Shown in pieces: positions 48,464-57,180 of a stretch of DNA of 64,000 bases. This DNA comes from Bacteroidales bacterium (lineage in GTDB: Bacteria; Bacteroidota; Bacteroidia; Bacteroidales; UBA932), in the NCBI GenBank assembly GCA_015060255.1, contig SUYV01000003.1:6590-70589 (forward strand). Reading direction: 5' to 3'. Within the stretch, counting starts at the first letter, position 1. The number at the start of each line of letters is the position of its first letter. The notes under the pieces were generated by a model. That model saw only the letters and a list, made by a program, of their open reading frames with translations. It searched no databases and was not told the DNA's origin. Made by a program: the position numbers and the translations under genes.

Positions 48464-49813
48464 CTAGAATCCCGTGTAGCTCCAAGGAGTGATTCCTCTG
48501 AGCTCTTCCTTGACCTCCTCTGACACATCGAGAGTCTCTATGAACTCTGCGATCACCTCATGATTGATGCCCGCACCTGTACGAGTGAGCGCCTTGAGCG
48601 TTTCGTAAGGATTCGGGTAATTTTCTCTGCGGAGGATGGTCTGGATCGCCTCTGCTACCACTGCCCAGTTTCTCTCCAGGTCGGCTCTGAGCGCGTCCTC
48701 GTTGAGGATGAGCTTGCCCAGACCCTTCTTGAGTGAGTTGAGCGATATGATCGAATGAGCGAGCGGCATGCCGATGTTGCGGAGCACTGTCGAGTCTGTA
48801 AGGTCACGCTGCAGACGTGAGATAGGAAGCTTCATCGACAGGTGGGTGTACAGAGCGTTTGCCACTCCGAAGTTGCCCTCTGCATTCTCGAAGTCGATAG
48901 GGTTCACCTTGTGCGGCATTGCGGAAGATCCGACCTCTCCCGCCTTTACCTTCTGGCGGAAATACTCCATTGAAATATATGTCCAGATGTCGCGTGCGAA
49001 GTCTATGAGGATCGTATTGATGCGGCGCAGGCAGTCGAAAAGCGACGCGAGGTTGTCGTAGTGCTCGATCTGCGTGGTCGGGAATGACCTCTTCAGTCCG
49101 AGGGAGGCAACGAAATCATTGCCGAATGCGATCCAGTCTATGGCAGGATATGCCACTTTGTGGGCGTTCATGTTGCCGGTCGCGCCACCGAACTTCGCAG
49201 GATAAGTCAGCTGTGAGAACTGACGGATCTGCTCCTCGAGACGCACGGCAAATACGTTGAACTCCTTGCCTACGCGGGTAGGTGATGCCGGCTGGCCGTG
49301 TGTCTTTGCGAGCATCGGGATCTCAGCCCAGTCTGCAGCCATTCCCTTGATGATGCCGAGGACTTCCTGGAGAAGAGGCATGAAGCACTCCTCGATCGCC
49401 TCCTTGAAAGAAAGCGGAACGGATGTGTTGTTGATGTCCTGGGAGGTGAGACCGAAATGAACGAATTCTCCCCACTTCATGATGTCCATCTCCTTGAAAC
49501 GGTCCTTGATGAAGTACTCCACAGCCTTCACGTCGTGGTTGGTGACCTTCTCGATCTCCTTCACCTTTGCAGCATCCTCAGGGGTCATGTTCCTGTAGAT
49601 GTCTCTGAGAGCCTCGAATTTCGTGCGATCGAAATCGGCCAGCTGAGGGAGCGGAATTTCGCAGAGCGCGATGAAATATTCAATCTCTACGCGGACGCGG
49701 TATCTGATGAGCGCATATTCGCTGAAGTATTCTCTAAGTGGTTCAGTCTGACGCGAGTAGCGTCCGTCGACAGGTGATACTGCCATGAGAGGAGTGTTGT
49801 TCATTTCCATCAT
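48464..49813 (-). CDS. purB: Adenylosuccinate lyase
   Basis: SPVDGRY, TNHDVKAVEY, THGQPA and GSSAMPHKVNPIDFEN. Confidence 0.97.
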   Translation of the reverse strand: MMEMNNTPLMAVSPVDGRYSRQTEPLREYFSEYALIRYRVRVEIEYFIALCEIPLPQLADFDRTKFEALRDIYRNMTPEDAAKVKEIEKVTNHDVKAVEYFIKDRFKEMDIMKWGEFVHFGLTSQDINNTSVPLSFKEAIEECFMPLLQEVLGIIKGMAADWAEIPMLAKTHGQPASPTRVGKEFNVFAVRLEEQIRQFSQLTYPAKFGGATGNMNAHKVAYPAIDWIAFGNDFVASLGLKRSFPTTQIEHYDNLASLFDCLRRINTILIDFARDIWTYISMEYFRQKVKAGEVGSSAMPHKVNPIDFENAEGNFGVANALYTHLSMKLPISRLQRDLTDSTVLRNIGMPLAHSIISLNSLKKGLGKLILNEDALRADLERNWAVVAEAIQTILRRENYPNPYETLKALTRTGAGINHEVIAEFIETLDVSEEVKEELRGITPWSYTGF

Positions 49814-49869
49814 ATTTCGATTAATGACGCAAATATAGCAAGAATGATTGGAAACTTATGAAAAAAGTT

Positions 49870-49877
49870 TATCTTTG
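49870..49877 (+). promoter_or_regulatory. -7 promoter element TATCTTTG for the large lipoprotein-Omp28 operon
   Basis: TAnnTTTG match about 53 nt upstream of ATG 49931; the divergent purB element is at 49830-49837. Confidence 0.55.
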
Positions 49878-49930
49878 CCGTGATATACTTTAACCGATTG
49901 ACAGTTATTAATCAAAATCAATAAAATTCA

Positions 49931-52603
49931 ATGAAAAAATTACTTAAACTATCGTTTGTGCTTTCACTTTTTGTGATGGGACAGCTTTTTACAAGCTGTG
50001 ATCAGAAGAATGAAGGTATAGGCGACTTCTCACTTTCTTTAAAGACTGTGGGTGCTGATTATGTAGACGTCTCTGTTACGGCTCCTTCGGAAGTCGAGAT
50101 GGCATATGTCGTTTCAACAGAGGCTCAGCTGGTGACCCCGGCCGTGCTTTTCGCTACAGGTAAAGTGATCACAGTCAAGCCAGGTCAGATTTTCAGGGTA
50201 GATGAGGATATCCAGCAGGATACCCACTATTTCCTGTATGCAGTCGCAAAACTGGATGCGGCCAATTATTCGGATAAGGTCACTCTGGAGTTTGATACCA
50301 AGAAGTATGACTTTGATGAACTGGTGACGGTTGTAGATACATATTATGATGGTTTCAAGGTTCATATAACCGTGCCTGAAGAGACCAAGCAGCGTGGACA
50401 TGCTATCCGTACCGGTGCCATGCCTCTGGCAAGATATTATTATCTGACAGGTGCCAAAGGTTCCGATGAAGTTGACCTGCAGGCGATAGGTTCGACAGGA
50501 GATCCATATTCAGGTCATATGTTCAAGGACTCTACCATAGTTCTGAATGATGCCAATGTCGTGCTCATGGATGAAAACGGCGAACCGGTATATGATCTTG
50601 AGACAGGTGAAATGATGGATATACATGACCCGATGGCTCCGGGTGAACCGATGATCTTCTTTGCGGGAGAGACATTCTATGGTACTCCGGATGACTTTGA
50701 GGCTGTGATGGGTTATAATCAGCCGACCAGGGATTCATGGTCTGTGCCTTATTACGATCCTGAAAAGAGGGAATGGCTTGGAGCCTTCCAGAAGGTGGAG
50801 TTCTTCACCAGACAGCCTGAACTTTGCGACGCCACAGTGGAGGTCGATATCCCTGAGGATGAAATATCTGTAACAGATGCAATGATATATTTCACTATGT
50901 CGGAGGATGCATACTCATATTTCTATATGGTTCTTGACAATTCGACATACAATCAGATCCTTTCATCGTACCTCAAAGGCAATGAGGACTGGTTCCAGTG
51001 GTTCCTGACCTCATACATGTGCTTCTATGAGTGGGGTGTAGTTCCTGAAACAGAGAATATCGCCATCAATGCAGCCAGAAACTTCATTGAACCTCTTACA
51101 GGCGGTGATACATATCATGTTCTTGTTACCGTATTCGGTGACGACAGGGGCAAGTCTCAGAGATTCATACACAAGACCTTCAAGGCGAAGGACAAGACAA
51201 AGGTTCCTCCGGTGATCGAGGTTACTGCAGTGGATCTGAATGATCCGTATAATGTCGGATTCAACATCAAGGCCGGTGCCGACTCGAAGGGAGTCGTACA
51301 GCCTATCATGGGAGCTTATTGGGTATGTAACTATGCGAGGGAGTTCGAACTTATGTTCAATTCCGGCTATGAGTACTCTACTCTCCTGAAGAATCTCGGA
51401 TGGACATTTACTGCAGAGGAAATCGCGGCAATCAACTCTGAGGAGGGACTCACCGTGTACTTCCCGACACTTGACGGCGAGGTTACGAGATTTGCGGCAT
51501 ACGGATGCAATGACGAGTATACTTTCAATGTGATAGATGATGACAACACCGCAGCTTGGGCTGACTGCAAGTCACCTATGGCTGAAACGGCTGCTCCTAT
51601 CGCTTCGCCATTATACGAGCAGCTCGCCGGTGACTGGACAGCTACGGCTACCCTCAGGGCAATGCAGAAGGAACCTGACGGAAACATCGTCACTTATAAT
51701 GTCGATCACAAGTCGAAGATCACCATCTCCGCATCGGCCCCTGAGCTTCCTGCAACACTTGATCCGAAAGTGTATGACCTCTATGATGAACCAAAGGATG
51801 AGGTTGACAATATGTTCGCCGAGCTTGGTGAGTTAAGTGAGATGTTTACAGATTATCGTCTCAAGGGACAGAACAGACTCCTTTGCAGTGGATTCATGGA
51901 CTTCGACCCTGCCGCAGCTGACAATAAGGTGAACAGACTTGAGTTCAGGTCTCCATATGATCTTTTTGTGGCAACAGACTATAACTCATACGATATTGCT
52001 CAGCTGATTTATGACTTCGGTCCTAAGTGGTATCTCCAGGTGCTTGAGGATGGAAGTGTGATAGTGCCGTTCAGCACTGCTACCATGCCTCCTATGCACA
52101 ACTGGCCGGGATATTCATTCTATGTCGGTGCCGTAGCTGACGGTCTGGCATTCTATGATGCAAGCGAGCAGTACCCTGGATTCCCTGTAGAGATCTCTGA
52201 TGACCTCAATACGATTACGATCAAGCCGATTGTAATCGAGCAGGACTATGGTACACTCAAGGCTGGAAATTATTATATGAATGCCATCGGAATGGCTCAG
52301 GGCTCGCTTGAGGTGGTGGCTACGGTATTGACTGACATTGTCCTCAAGAGAGGCTGGACTGAGCCTAAGAAGGCTTCGACAGCATCTTATGTTCCTGATC
52401 CTGTCAAGGTGGATCCTGTGTCTCTTGATGGTTCTGCGGATGTGCAGATGCCGAAGGCTGCAGTATGCAAGTCGATGTCGAAGTTTGAAGCAAAGCCTCT
52501 TCCTAAGTATACTTTCAGGGAGAAGGCTGCAGTAGTAACAAAGGAGATGGTAGACGAAACTTCTGCCAATATCCTTAGGGAATTTGAAGAACAACAGAAA
52601 TGA
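49931..52603 (+). CDS. Large hypothetical lipoprotein with FN3-like beta-sandwich repeats
   Basis: Lipobox FTSC followed by DQKNE; repeated motifs like IQQDTHYFLYAVA and LTGGDTYHVLVTV; acidic composition. Confidence 0.8.
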   Translation: MKKLLKLSFVLSLFVMGQLFTSCDQKNEGIGDFSLSLKTVGADYVDVSVTAPSEVEMAYVVSTEAQLVTPAVLFATGKVITVKPGQIFRVDEDIQQDTHYFLYAVAKLDAANYSDKVTLEFDTKKYDFDELVTVVDTYYDGFKVHITVPEETKQRGHAIRTGAMPLARYYYLTGAKGSDEVDLQAIGSTGDPYSGHMFKDSTIVLNDANVVLMDENGEPVYDLETGEMMDIHDPMAPGEPMIFFAGETFYGTPDDFEAVMGYNQPTRDSWSVPYYDPEKREWLGAFQKVEFFTRQPELCDATVEVDIPEDEISVTDAMIYFTMSEDAYSYFYMVLDNSTYNQILSSYLKGNEDWFQWFLTSYMCFYEWGVVPETENIAINAARNFIEPLTGGDTYHVLVTVFGDDRGKSQRFIHKTFKAKDKTKVPPVIEVTAVDLNDPYNVGFNIKAGADSKGVVQPIMGAYWVCNYAREFELMFNSGYEYSTLLKNLGWTFTAEEIAAINSEEGLTVYFPTLDGEVTRFAAYGCNDEYTFNVIDDDNTAAWADCKSPMAETAAPIASPLYEQLAGDWTATATLRAMQKEPDGNIVTYNVDHKSKITISASAPELPATLDPKVYDLYDEPKDEVDNMFAELGELSEMFTDYRLKGQNRLLCSGFMDFDPAAADNKVNRLEFRSPYDLFVATDYNSYDIAQLIYDFGPKWYLQVLEDGSVIVPFSTATMPPMHNWPGYSFYVGAVADGLAFYDASEQYPGFPVEISDDLNTITIKPIVIEQDYGTLKAGNYYMNAIGMAQGSLEVVATVLTDIVLKRGWTEPKKASTASYVPDPVKVDPVSLDGSADVQMPKAAVCKSMSKFEAKPLPKYTFREKAAVVTKEMVDETSANILREFEEQQK

Positions 52604-53763
52604 AAAGGATTTTAAGTTTTGCATCACTGCTCGCAGCGGCAGTGATGCTTATCTCCTGCAGTGGAAATAATGGAGACGAGGGAGGTTCTGTATCGAACAA
52701 GACCCTGAAACTTGTCAGTGACAAGAATCTGATACAGACATTCGGTGGTGATTATGCCACTCTTACGCTTACCCTGGATGGTGAGCCGGTGACAGATGGT
52801 GTCATTTTCTTTGATGGCAGCAACAAGGTTATCGAGATACCTGATTTCAAGTTTTCGTCTGATAAGGTGGGCGAGTTCAAGATATGGGCCAATTATGGAA
52901 CTTATAATTCGGAGACCATAACCATCAAGGCCATAGATATAGAGGTACCTGAGACTCCTGCAGACCCTCAGCCTTCAAATACTGATTTCAAGACAAAGGT
53001 TCTTCTTACTGAGTTCACTACGGTAGGATGTTCTGCGTGTCCGTCAATGAAGAGGATTCTCCATGAACTGGAAAGCAATGCATCAGTGGCTGACAAGATC
53101 GTCTTCACTGAGGCTCATACTGGTCTTGTAAACCGTATTGCCGACCCTTGTTATCTGCATAATTCTTCTTTCGAGGAGTTCTGTATGATTACCGGCTTCC
53201 CGACCGTCAAGCTTGATCTCACAAGTACATTCAATAATGGAAACAACCTTGAAATCAAGTCTGCTGTAAGTCAGATTCACGCTGCCAAGGAAGATATTGC
53301 ACCAGGAATTGCAGTCAATTCTGTGATGGAGGACGGCAAGGTTGTAGCTAAGGTTACGGTCAAGGCGAAGGTGTCTTCTTCATATCGTGTCGGTGCGTTC
53401 CTTCTTGAAGACGGCATTCATGCAACCCAGACAAATGCAGGAGATGCATCATGGATGCACAACCATGATAATGTGATTCGCTATGTGGATGCCCAGTACA
53501 AGACGTCTTTCTTTGGAATTCCTGTTGCAGAAATCGAGGCAGGCAAGACCGGAGACATCATGTTCTCTTGGATTCTTGATGACATCTGGACATATGGCTC
53601 CGAGAAGGGTGAAATCAATGGCGGCATAGCATGGCCTGAGCGCAATGACGATAAACTGCACATGGTGGTCTTTGCGACCATGTCTGACGGACAGGGCGGC
53701 TATGTGATTGCGAACGTGATCGACTGTCCGGTCAATGGCGTCACTCAGTTCGAGTACAGATAG
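52600..53763 (+). CDS. Omp28-related lipoprotein (CSAC thioredoxin-like domain)
   Basis: Lipobox LISC; KVLLTEFTTVGCSACP, GFPTV and HNHDNVIR. Confidence 0.82.
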   Translation: MKRILSFASLLAAAVMLISCSGNNGDEGGSVSNKTLKLVSDKNLIQTFGGDYATLTLTLDGEPVTDGVIFFDGSNKVIEIPDFKFSSDKVGEFKIWANYGTYNSETITIKAIDIEVPETPADPQPSNTDFKTKVLLTEFTTVGCSACPSMKRILHELESNASVADKIVFTEAHTGLVNRIADPCYLHNSSFEEFCMITGFPTVKLDLTSTFNNGNNLEIKSAVSQIHAAKEDIAPGIAVNSVMEDGKVVAKVTVKAKVSSSYRVGAFLLEDGIHATQTNAGDASWMHNHDNVIRYVDAQYKTSFFGIPVAEIEAGKTGDIMFSWILDDIWTYGSEKGEINGGIAWPERNDDKLHMVVFATMSDGQGGYVIANVIDCPVNGVTQFEYR

Positions 53764-53764
53764 T

Positions 53765-54940
53765 CTATAACAGCAGCATTACTGCGAAGACGTATAGAAG
53801 GAAGCCTTGGAAGCCAAGGCTTCCTTTGCTGTCTTTGGCAATGGCTATTTCTGTCGCATCGGTGCTCTGAATCTCTTCCAGCTCAGTCTTGGACGGGGCG
53901 TTTGCCCTTGCCCACTTGCGTACGAGTTCGCCGTCGTTGAAGTATGTGGCGCCTCCGTTGGATCTGTTAAGGGATATAAGGGTCTTGTAGTCCGAGATGA
54001 ATGCAGAAGCGGCCATTCCAGCAGGAACTCCTTCTGTTGTTGTGGTGAGCAGAAGAGTTGTGAAACCGGCCTCCTGCGACCTTCTGATGAAGTTCTCGAT
54101 CCTGTTCCACTTCTTTGCAGACATGTCCGGGTCATATGCGGAAACCACCATGACCTTGCCTTCTATTGCCAGGGTGTCCATGTATTCTCCTGTGCTTTCG
54201 CTGTAGAACGACAGTCCCACCAATGAGTCCTCGCGACCTTCCTTGAGGCGTGTGCTGACATTGACGAATGTCCAGGTTGAGTCAGGAAGATGGCCGAGTG
54301 TGAAGTCCTGCTGTATGCCGCCTTTTTCATATGTGAACACCGACTCGTAAAGATCGTCAGCATTGACGGTCGCACCTGCCTGGAGCTCGGCTCCGGCCTT
54401 GTAGGCAGTAAAGTCAATCATAGGGATGTATATCCATGAATAGACTGAGAATGCGAGCACTGATACGGTTACAAGCGCGAATGAGACGTATTTCTTCTTC
54501 CTTGTCTCTCCCAGATGCTTGCGTGGTATGTAGTATGTCAGGAGCAGGGCGAGCAGGATTAAATTCTTCACGAATGTTTCTCCGTGTGTCAGATGTATGG
54601 CTTCTCCGAAGCATCCGCAGTCCATTTCAGGGTTGAAGATGACCAGAATGAGGGTCAGGAGCGTGAAGAAGCTCTGCAGCGCGATGGCGCACTGGGCGAC
54701 CACGCGGCGCCATACGCCAGTTATGAGCGCAGTACCGATGACGGTCTCCGCAAGCGCGAAGAAGACTCCCATGAATTTTGCGGAAAATCCGAGGAAACCC
54801 AGATGAAGGAATTCGTAATATTCCTTCATTACCAGTCCTGCACCTGCAGGATCCATCAGTTTCACTATTCCGGACAGGAAGAATACAAACCCGGTGATGA
54901 AGCCGCAGAAACGCTTCATCCTGAGGAGAAGATATCTCAT
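53765..54940 (-). CDS. DoxX/MauE-family membrane protein with extracytoplasmic domain
   Basis: FFLSGIVKLMDP, MDCGCFGEAI and RSNGG. Confidence 0.8.
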   Translation of the reverse strand: MRYLLLRMKRFCGFITGFVFFLSGIVKLMDPAGAGLVMKEYYEFLHLGFLGFSAKFMGVFFALAETVIGTALITGVWRRVVAQCAIALQSFFTLLTLILVIFNPEMDCGCFGEAIHLTHGETFVKNLILLALLLTYYIPRKHLGETRKKKYVSFALVTVSVLAFSVYSWIYIPMIDFTAYKAGAELQAGATVNADDLYESVFTYEKGGIQQDFTLGHLPDSTWTFVNVSTRLKEGREDSLVGLSFYSESTGEYMDTLAIEGKVMVVSAYDPDMSAKKWNRIENFIRRSQEAGFTTLLLTTTTEGVPAGMAASAFISDYKTLISLNRSNGGATYFNDGELVRKWARANAPSKTELEEIQSTDATEIAIAKDSKGSLGFQGFLLYVFAVMLLL

Positions 54941-54951
54941 ATCAATGTCTT

Positions 54952-55632
54952 TTACTTTATTGCTGCGTCAACTACAGCCTGCACCTTTGCAAATATTTCG
55001 CCAGGAGGAAGCATCTCGCCGTTCTCGTCCGAGCAGTCTATGCGTATGAACTTCGGGTCGCGTTCGCACTGCTTCCTGTATATGTCGCGGACCCTTATCT
55101 GGAACTTGATGTCGGCTTCGTGAATGTCCTGGGCACCTTCAAGATAATCTCTGTCCGCTCCTCCGCGCTGGCTCTTGAGTTTTGACTCCACAAATCCGAT
55201 AGGGACATCAAGGAAGATGTTGAGGTCGGGAACCGGCAAATCGAAATTGCCGTACTCTGTGTTGAAGATCCACTCCCTGAGATCGTCCGCCTCGTCAGGA
55301 TTGCTGAGCTTGGCGCACTGGTATGCTATGTTGGAGTATACATACCTGTCCAGCAGCACTGTGCCGCCCTCTGCGAGCGTGCGCTTCATCTGCGGAGCCG
55401 CCCCGTGGCGGTCCTCCGCGAAGAGCAGCGCCACCAGCTGCGGATGCACGGCCTCGTTCGATCCGAAGTCTCCGCGCAGGAAGCGGCTGATGAGCTCTCC
55501 GTATACGGGAGCGTCGTATCTTGGGAAATGTATATATTCGAGACTGCCGAAAATGCTCTCGAGATAGCTTCTGAGCTTCTTTACCTGGGTGGATTTGCCT
55601 GCACCGTCCAGGCCTTCAAGGACTACCAGCAT
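54952..55632 (-). CDS. tmk: Thymidylate kinase
   Basis: EGLDGAGKSTQ, HFPRY, DRYVYSNIAYQ and PDL; start at ATG 55632. Confidence 0.93.
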   Translation of the reverse strand: MLVVLEGLDGAGKSTQVKKLRSYLESIFGSLEYIHFPRYDAPVYGELISRFLRGDFGSNEAVHPQLVALLFAEDRHGAAPQMKRTLAEGGTVLLDRYVYSNIAYQCAKLSNPDEADDLREWIFNTEYGNFDLPVPDLNIFLDVPIGFVESKLKSQRGGADRDYLEGAQDIHEADIKFQIRVRDIYRKQCERDPKFIRIDCSDENGEMLPPGEIFAKVQAVVDAAIK

Positions 55633-55673
55633 AATGTTGTCGATTGGTTTATCATACAAAGTTAGCAAATAAC

Positions 55674-55701
55674 TGTCATTTCGAGCGAAGTCGAGAAATC
55701 T
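55674..55701 (+). repeat. REP-like element TGTCATTTCGAGCGAAGTCGAGAAATCT
   Basis: Imperfect palindrome between the divergent tmk and folP promoters; a related copy is at 58760. Confidence 0.65.
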
Positions 55702-55724
55702 TTTTACTAATTTTGCCGCCGTAT

Positions 55725-56531
55725 ATGGACAGGAACCGCAAGATATCGATAATGGGCATAGTCAACCTTACGGACGACTCATACTTTGCCGACAGCCGTT
55801 GCACCGATGTGCAGGCGGCCCTTGGCCGTATTGCGAGGCTGGTGGAAGAAGGTGCCGACATCATCGACATAGGTGCATGCTCGACCCGTCCCGGCTCTCT
55901 TCCTGTCGGCGCGGATGAAGAATGGCGACGACTCGAGCCTGTTCTGAAAGCTTTCAGGGAGAACTTTCAAAATGTAACATTGTCCATAGATACATATTGG
56001 GCGTCTGTCGTCCAGAAGGCTTTTGCACTTGTTGGGCCGTTCATAGTCAATGACATCTCTGCAGGAGAAGCTGATCCCAAGATGCTTCCGACGGTCGGCC
56101 GCCTGAGGCTGAAATACGTCGCGATGCACATGAGAGGCACGCCGGAAAACATGCAGTCGCTTACAGATTATAACGATGTCGTGGAAGACGTGCTCGAATA
56201 TTTCAGGAATTTCTCGAAAAAGGCGGAAATCCATGGCATAAATGACTGGATTATCGACCCGGGCTTCGGATTTGCCAAGACTCTGGAACAGAATTATATC
56301 CTGCTGAGCCGCCTGAATGAAATCAAGGCCGGGATGCATCCCCGAAAGGTACTTGTCGGGGTGTCCCGCAAGAGCATGATATACCGGCTTCTCGGTACCA
56401 CTCCGGAAGAGTCCCTTCCTGCTACTCAGGCCCTCCATATGGCAGCCCTCGAGAGGGGGGCAGATATGCTTCGGGTGCACGATGTCGCAGAAGCAGTCCA
56501 TACTGTCATTTTGTTTAAAATGCTGTCATAA
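55725..56531 (+). CDS. folP: Dihydropteroate synthase
   Basis: MGIVNLTDDS, STRPG, SIDT, NDIS, MHM, DPGFGFAK, SRKS and RVHDV. Confidence 0.95.
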   Translation: MDRNRKISIMGIVNLTDDSYFADSRCTDVQAALGRIARLVEEGADIIDIGACSTRPGSLPVGADEEWRRLEPVLKAFRENFQNVTLSIDTYWASVVQKAFALVGPFIVNDISAGEADPKMLPTVGRLRLKYVAMHMRGTPENMQSLTDYNDVVEDVLEYFRNFSKKAEIHGINDWIIDPGFGFAKTLEQNYILLSRLNEIKAGMHPRKVLVGVSRKSMIYRLLGTTPEESLPATQALHMAALERGADMLRVHDVAEAVHTVILFKMLS

Positions 56532-56597
56532 CAGCCGTTCAGGTTTGGTTTTCAACCATCTGCATAATAAATTGTTGGTATTTCGAATATTATTCCG

Positions 56598-56605
56598 TAC
56601 TTTTG
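56598..56605 (+). promoter_or_regulatory. -7 promoter element TACTTTTG for the TlpA-DUF6029-Omp28 operon
   Basis: TAnnTTTG match about 57 nt upstream of ATG 56663. Confidence 0.55.
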
Positions 56606-56662
56606 TCCGAATTATGGGCAGATGTATCTACCCGATTTAGTCAATATTTAAGTACGAAAAAC

Positions 56663-57148
56663 ATGAGAAATTTTCTTTTGAGTCTTGCACTCCTTATCTC
56701 GGCAGCAGCTGCTGCTCAGGTTCCATCTGTTACAGTTGAGAACGCAAAGGGTGAAACAGTTAACACAAAGTCTCTCCTCAAGGAAGGAACTCCGATGATC
56801 GTTTCATTCTGGTCAACATCGTGCAAGCCTTGCATCCGTGAGCTTGACGCCATCTATGATGCACTCCCTGACTGGCTCGAGGAGGCCGACTTCCGTGTCG
56901 TTGCCGTTTCGACAGACGACAGCCGTCTTCTTGCAAAGGCGAAGTCTTTCGCTGAAGGCCGTGGCTGGGGTGAGGATTACACCCTGCTCTTCGACAAGAA
57001 CCAGGATTTCATGAGGGCGATGAATGTGTCTGTCGTGCCTCACGTATTCGTGCTGGACGGCACAGGAAAGATCGTCTATTCTCATACTTCTTACGTACCT
57101 GGCAACGAGCTTGAGCTCTTCGAGGCCGTGAAGAAGTGCAGCAAGTAA
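56663..57148 (+). CDS. Exported TlpA/ResA-like thiol-disulfide oxidoreductase
   Basis: Signal peptide MRNFLLSLALLISAAAAA; FWSTSCKPCIREL, VAVSTD and cis-Pro loop VVPH. Confidence 0.9.
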   Translation: MRNFLLSLALLISAAAAAQVPSVTVENAKGETVNTKSLLKEGTPMIVSFWSTSCKPCIRELDAIYDALPDWLEEADFRVVAVSTDDSRLLAKAKSFAEGRGWGEDYTLLFDKNQDFMRAMNVSVVPHVFVLDGTGKIVYSHTSYVPGNELELFEAVKKCSK

Positions 57149-57180
57149 CCCCGACAACAACTGAACTGACCATTTTTGCA

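Noticed and set aside
55644-55724. N-terminal extension of FolP (…CHFERSREI…) in the ORF track
   Set aside because: It is the translated REP-like repeat and lies upstream of the folP -7 promoter element; the real start is ATG 55725.
56611-56634. Small hairpin GGGCAGAT/ATCTACCC in the tlpA leader
   Set aside because: It is short, has a C-A mismatch on the transcribed strand, and cannot be distinguished from chance.
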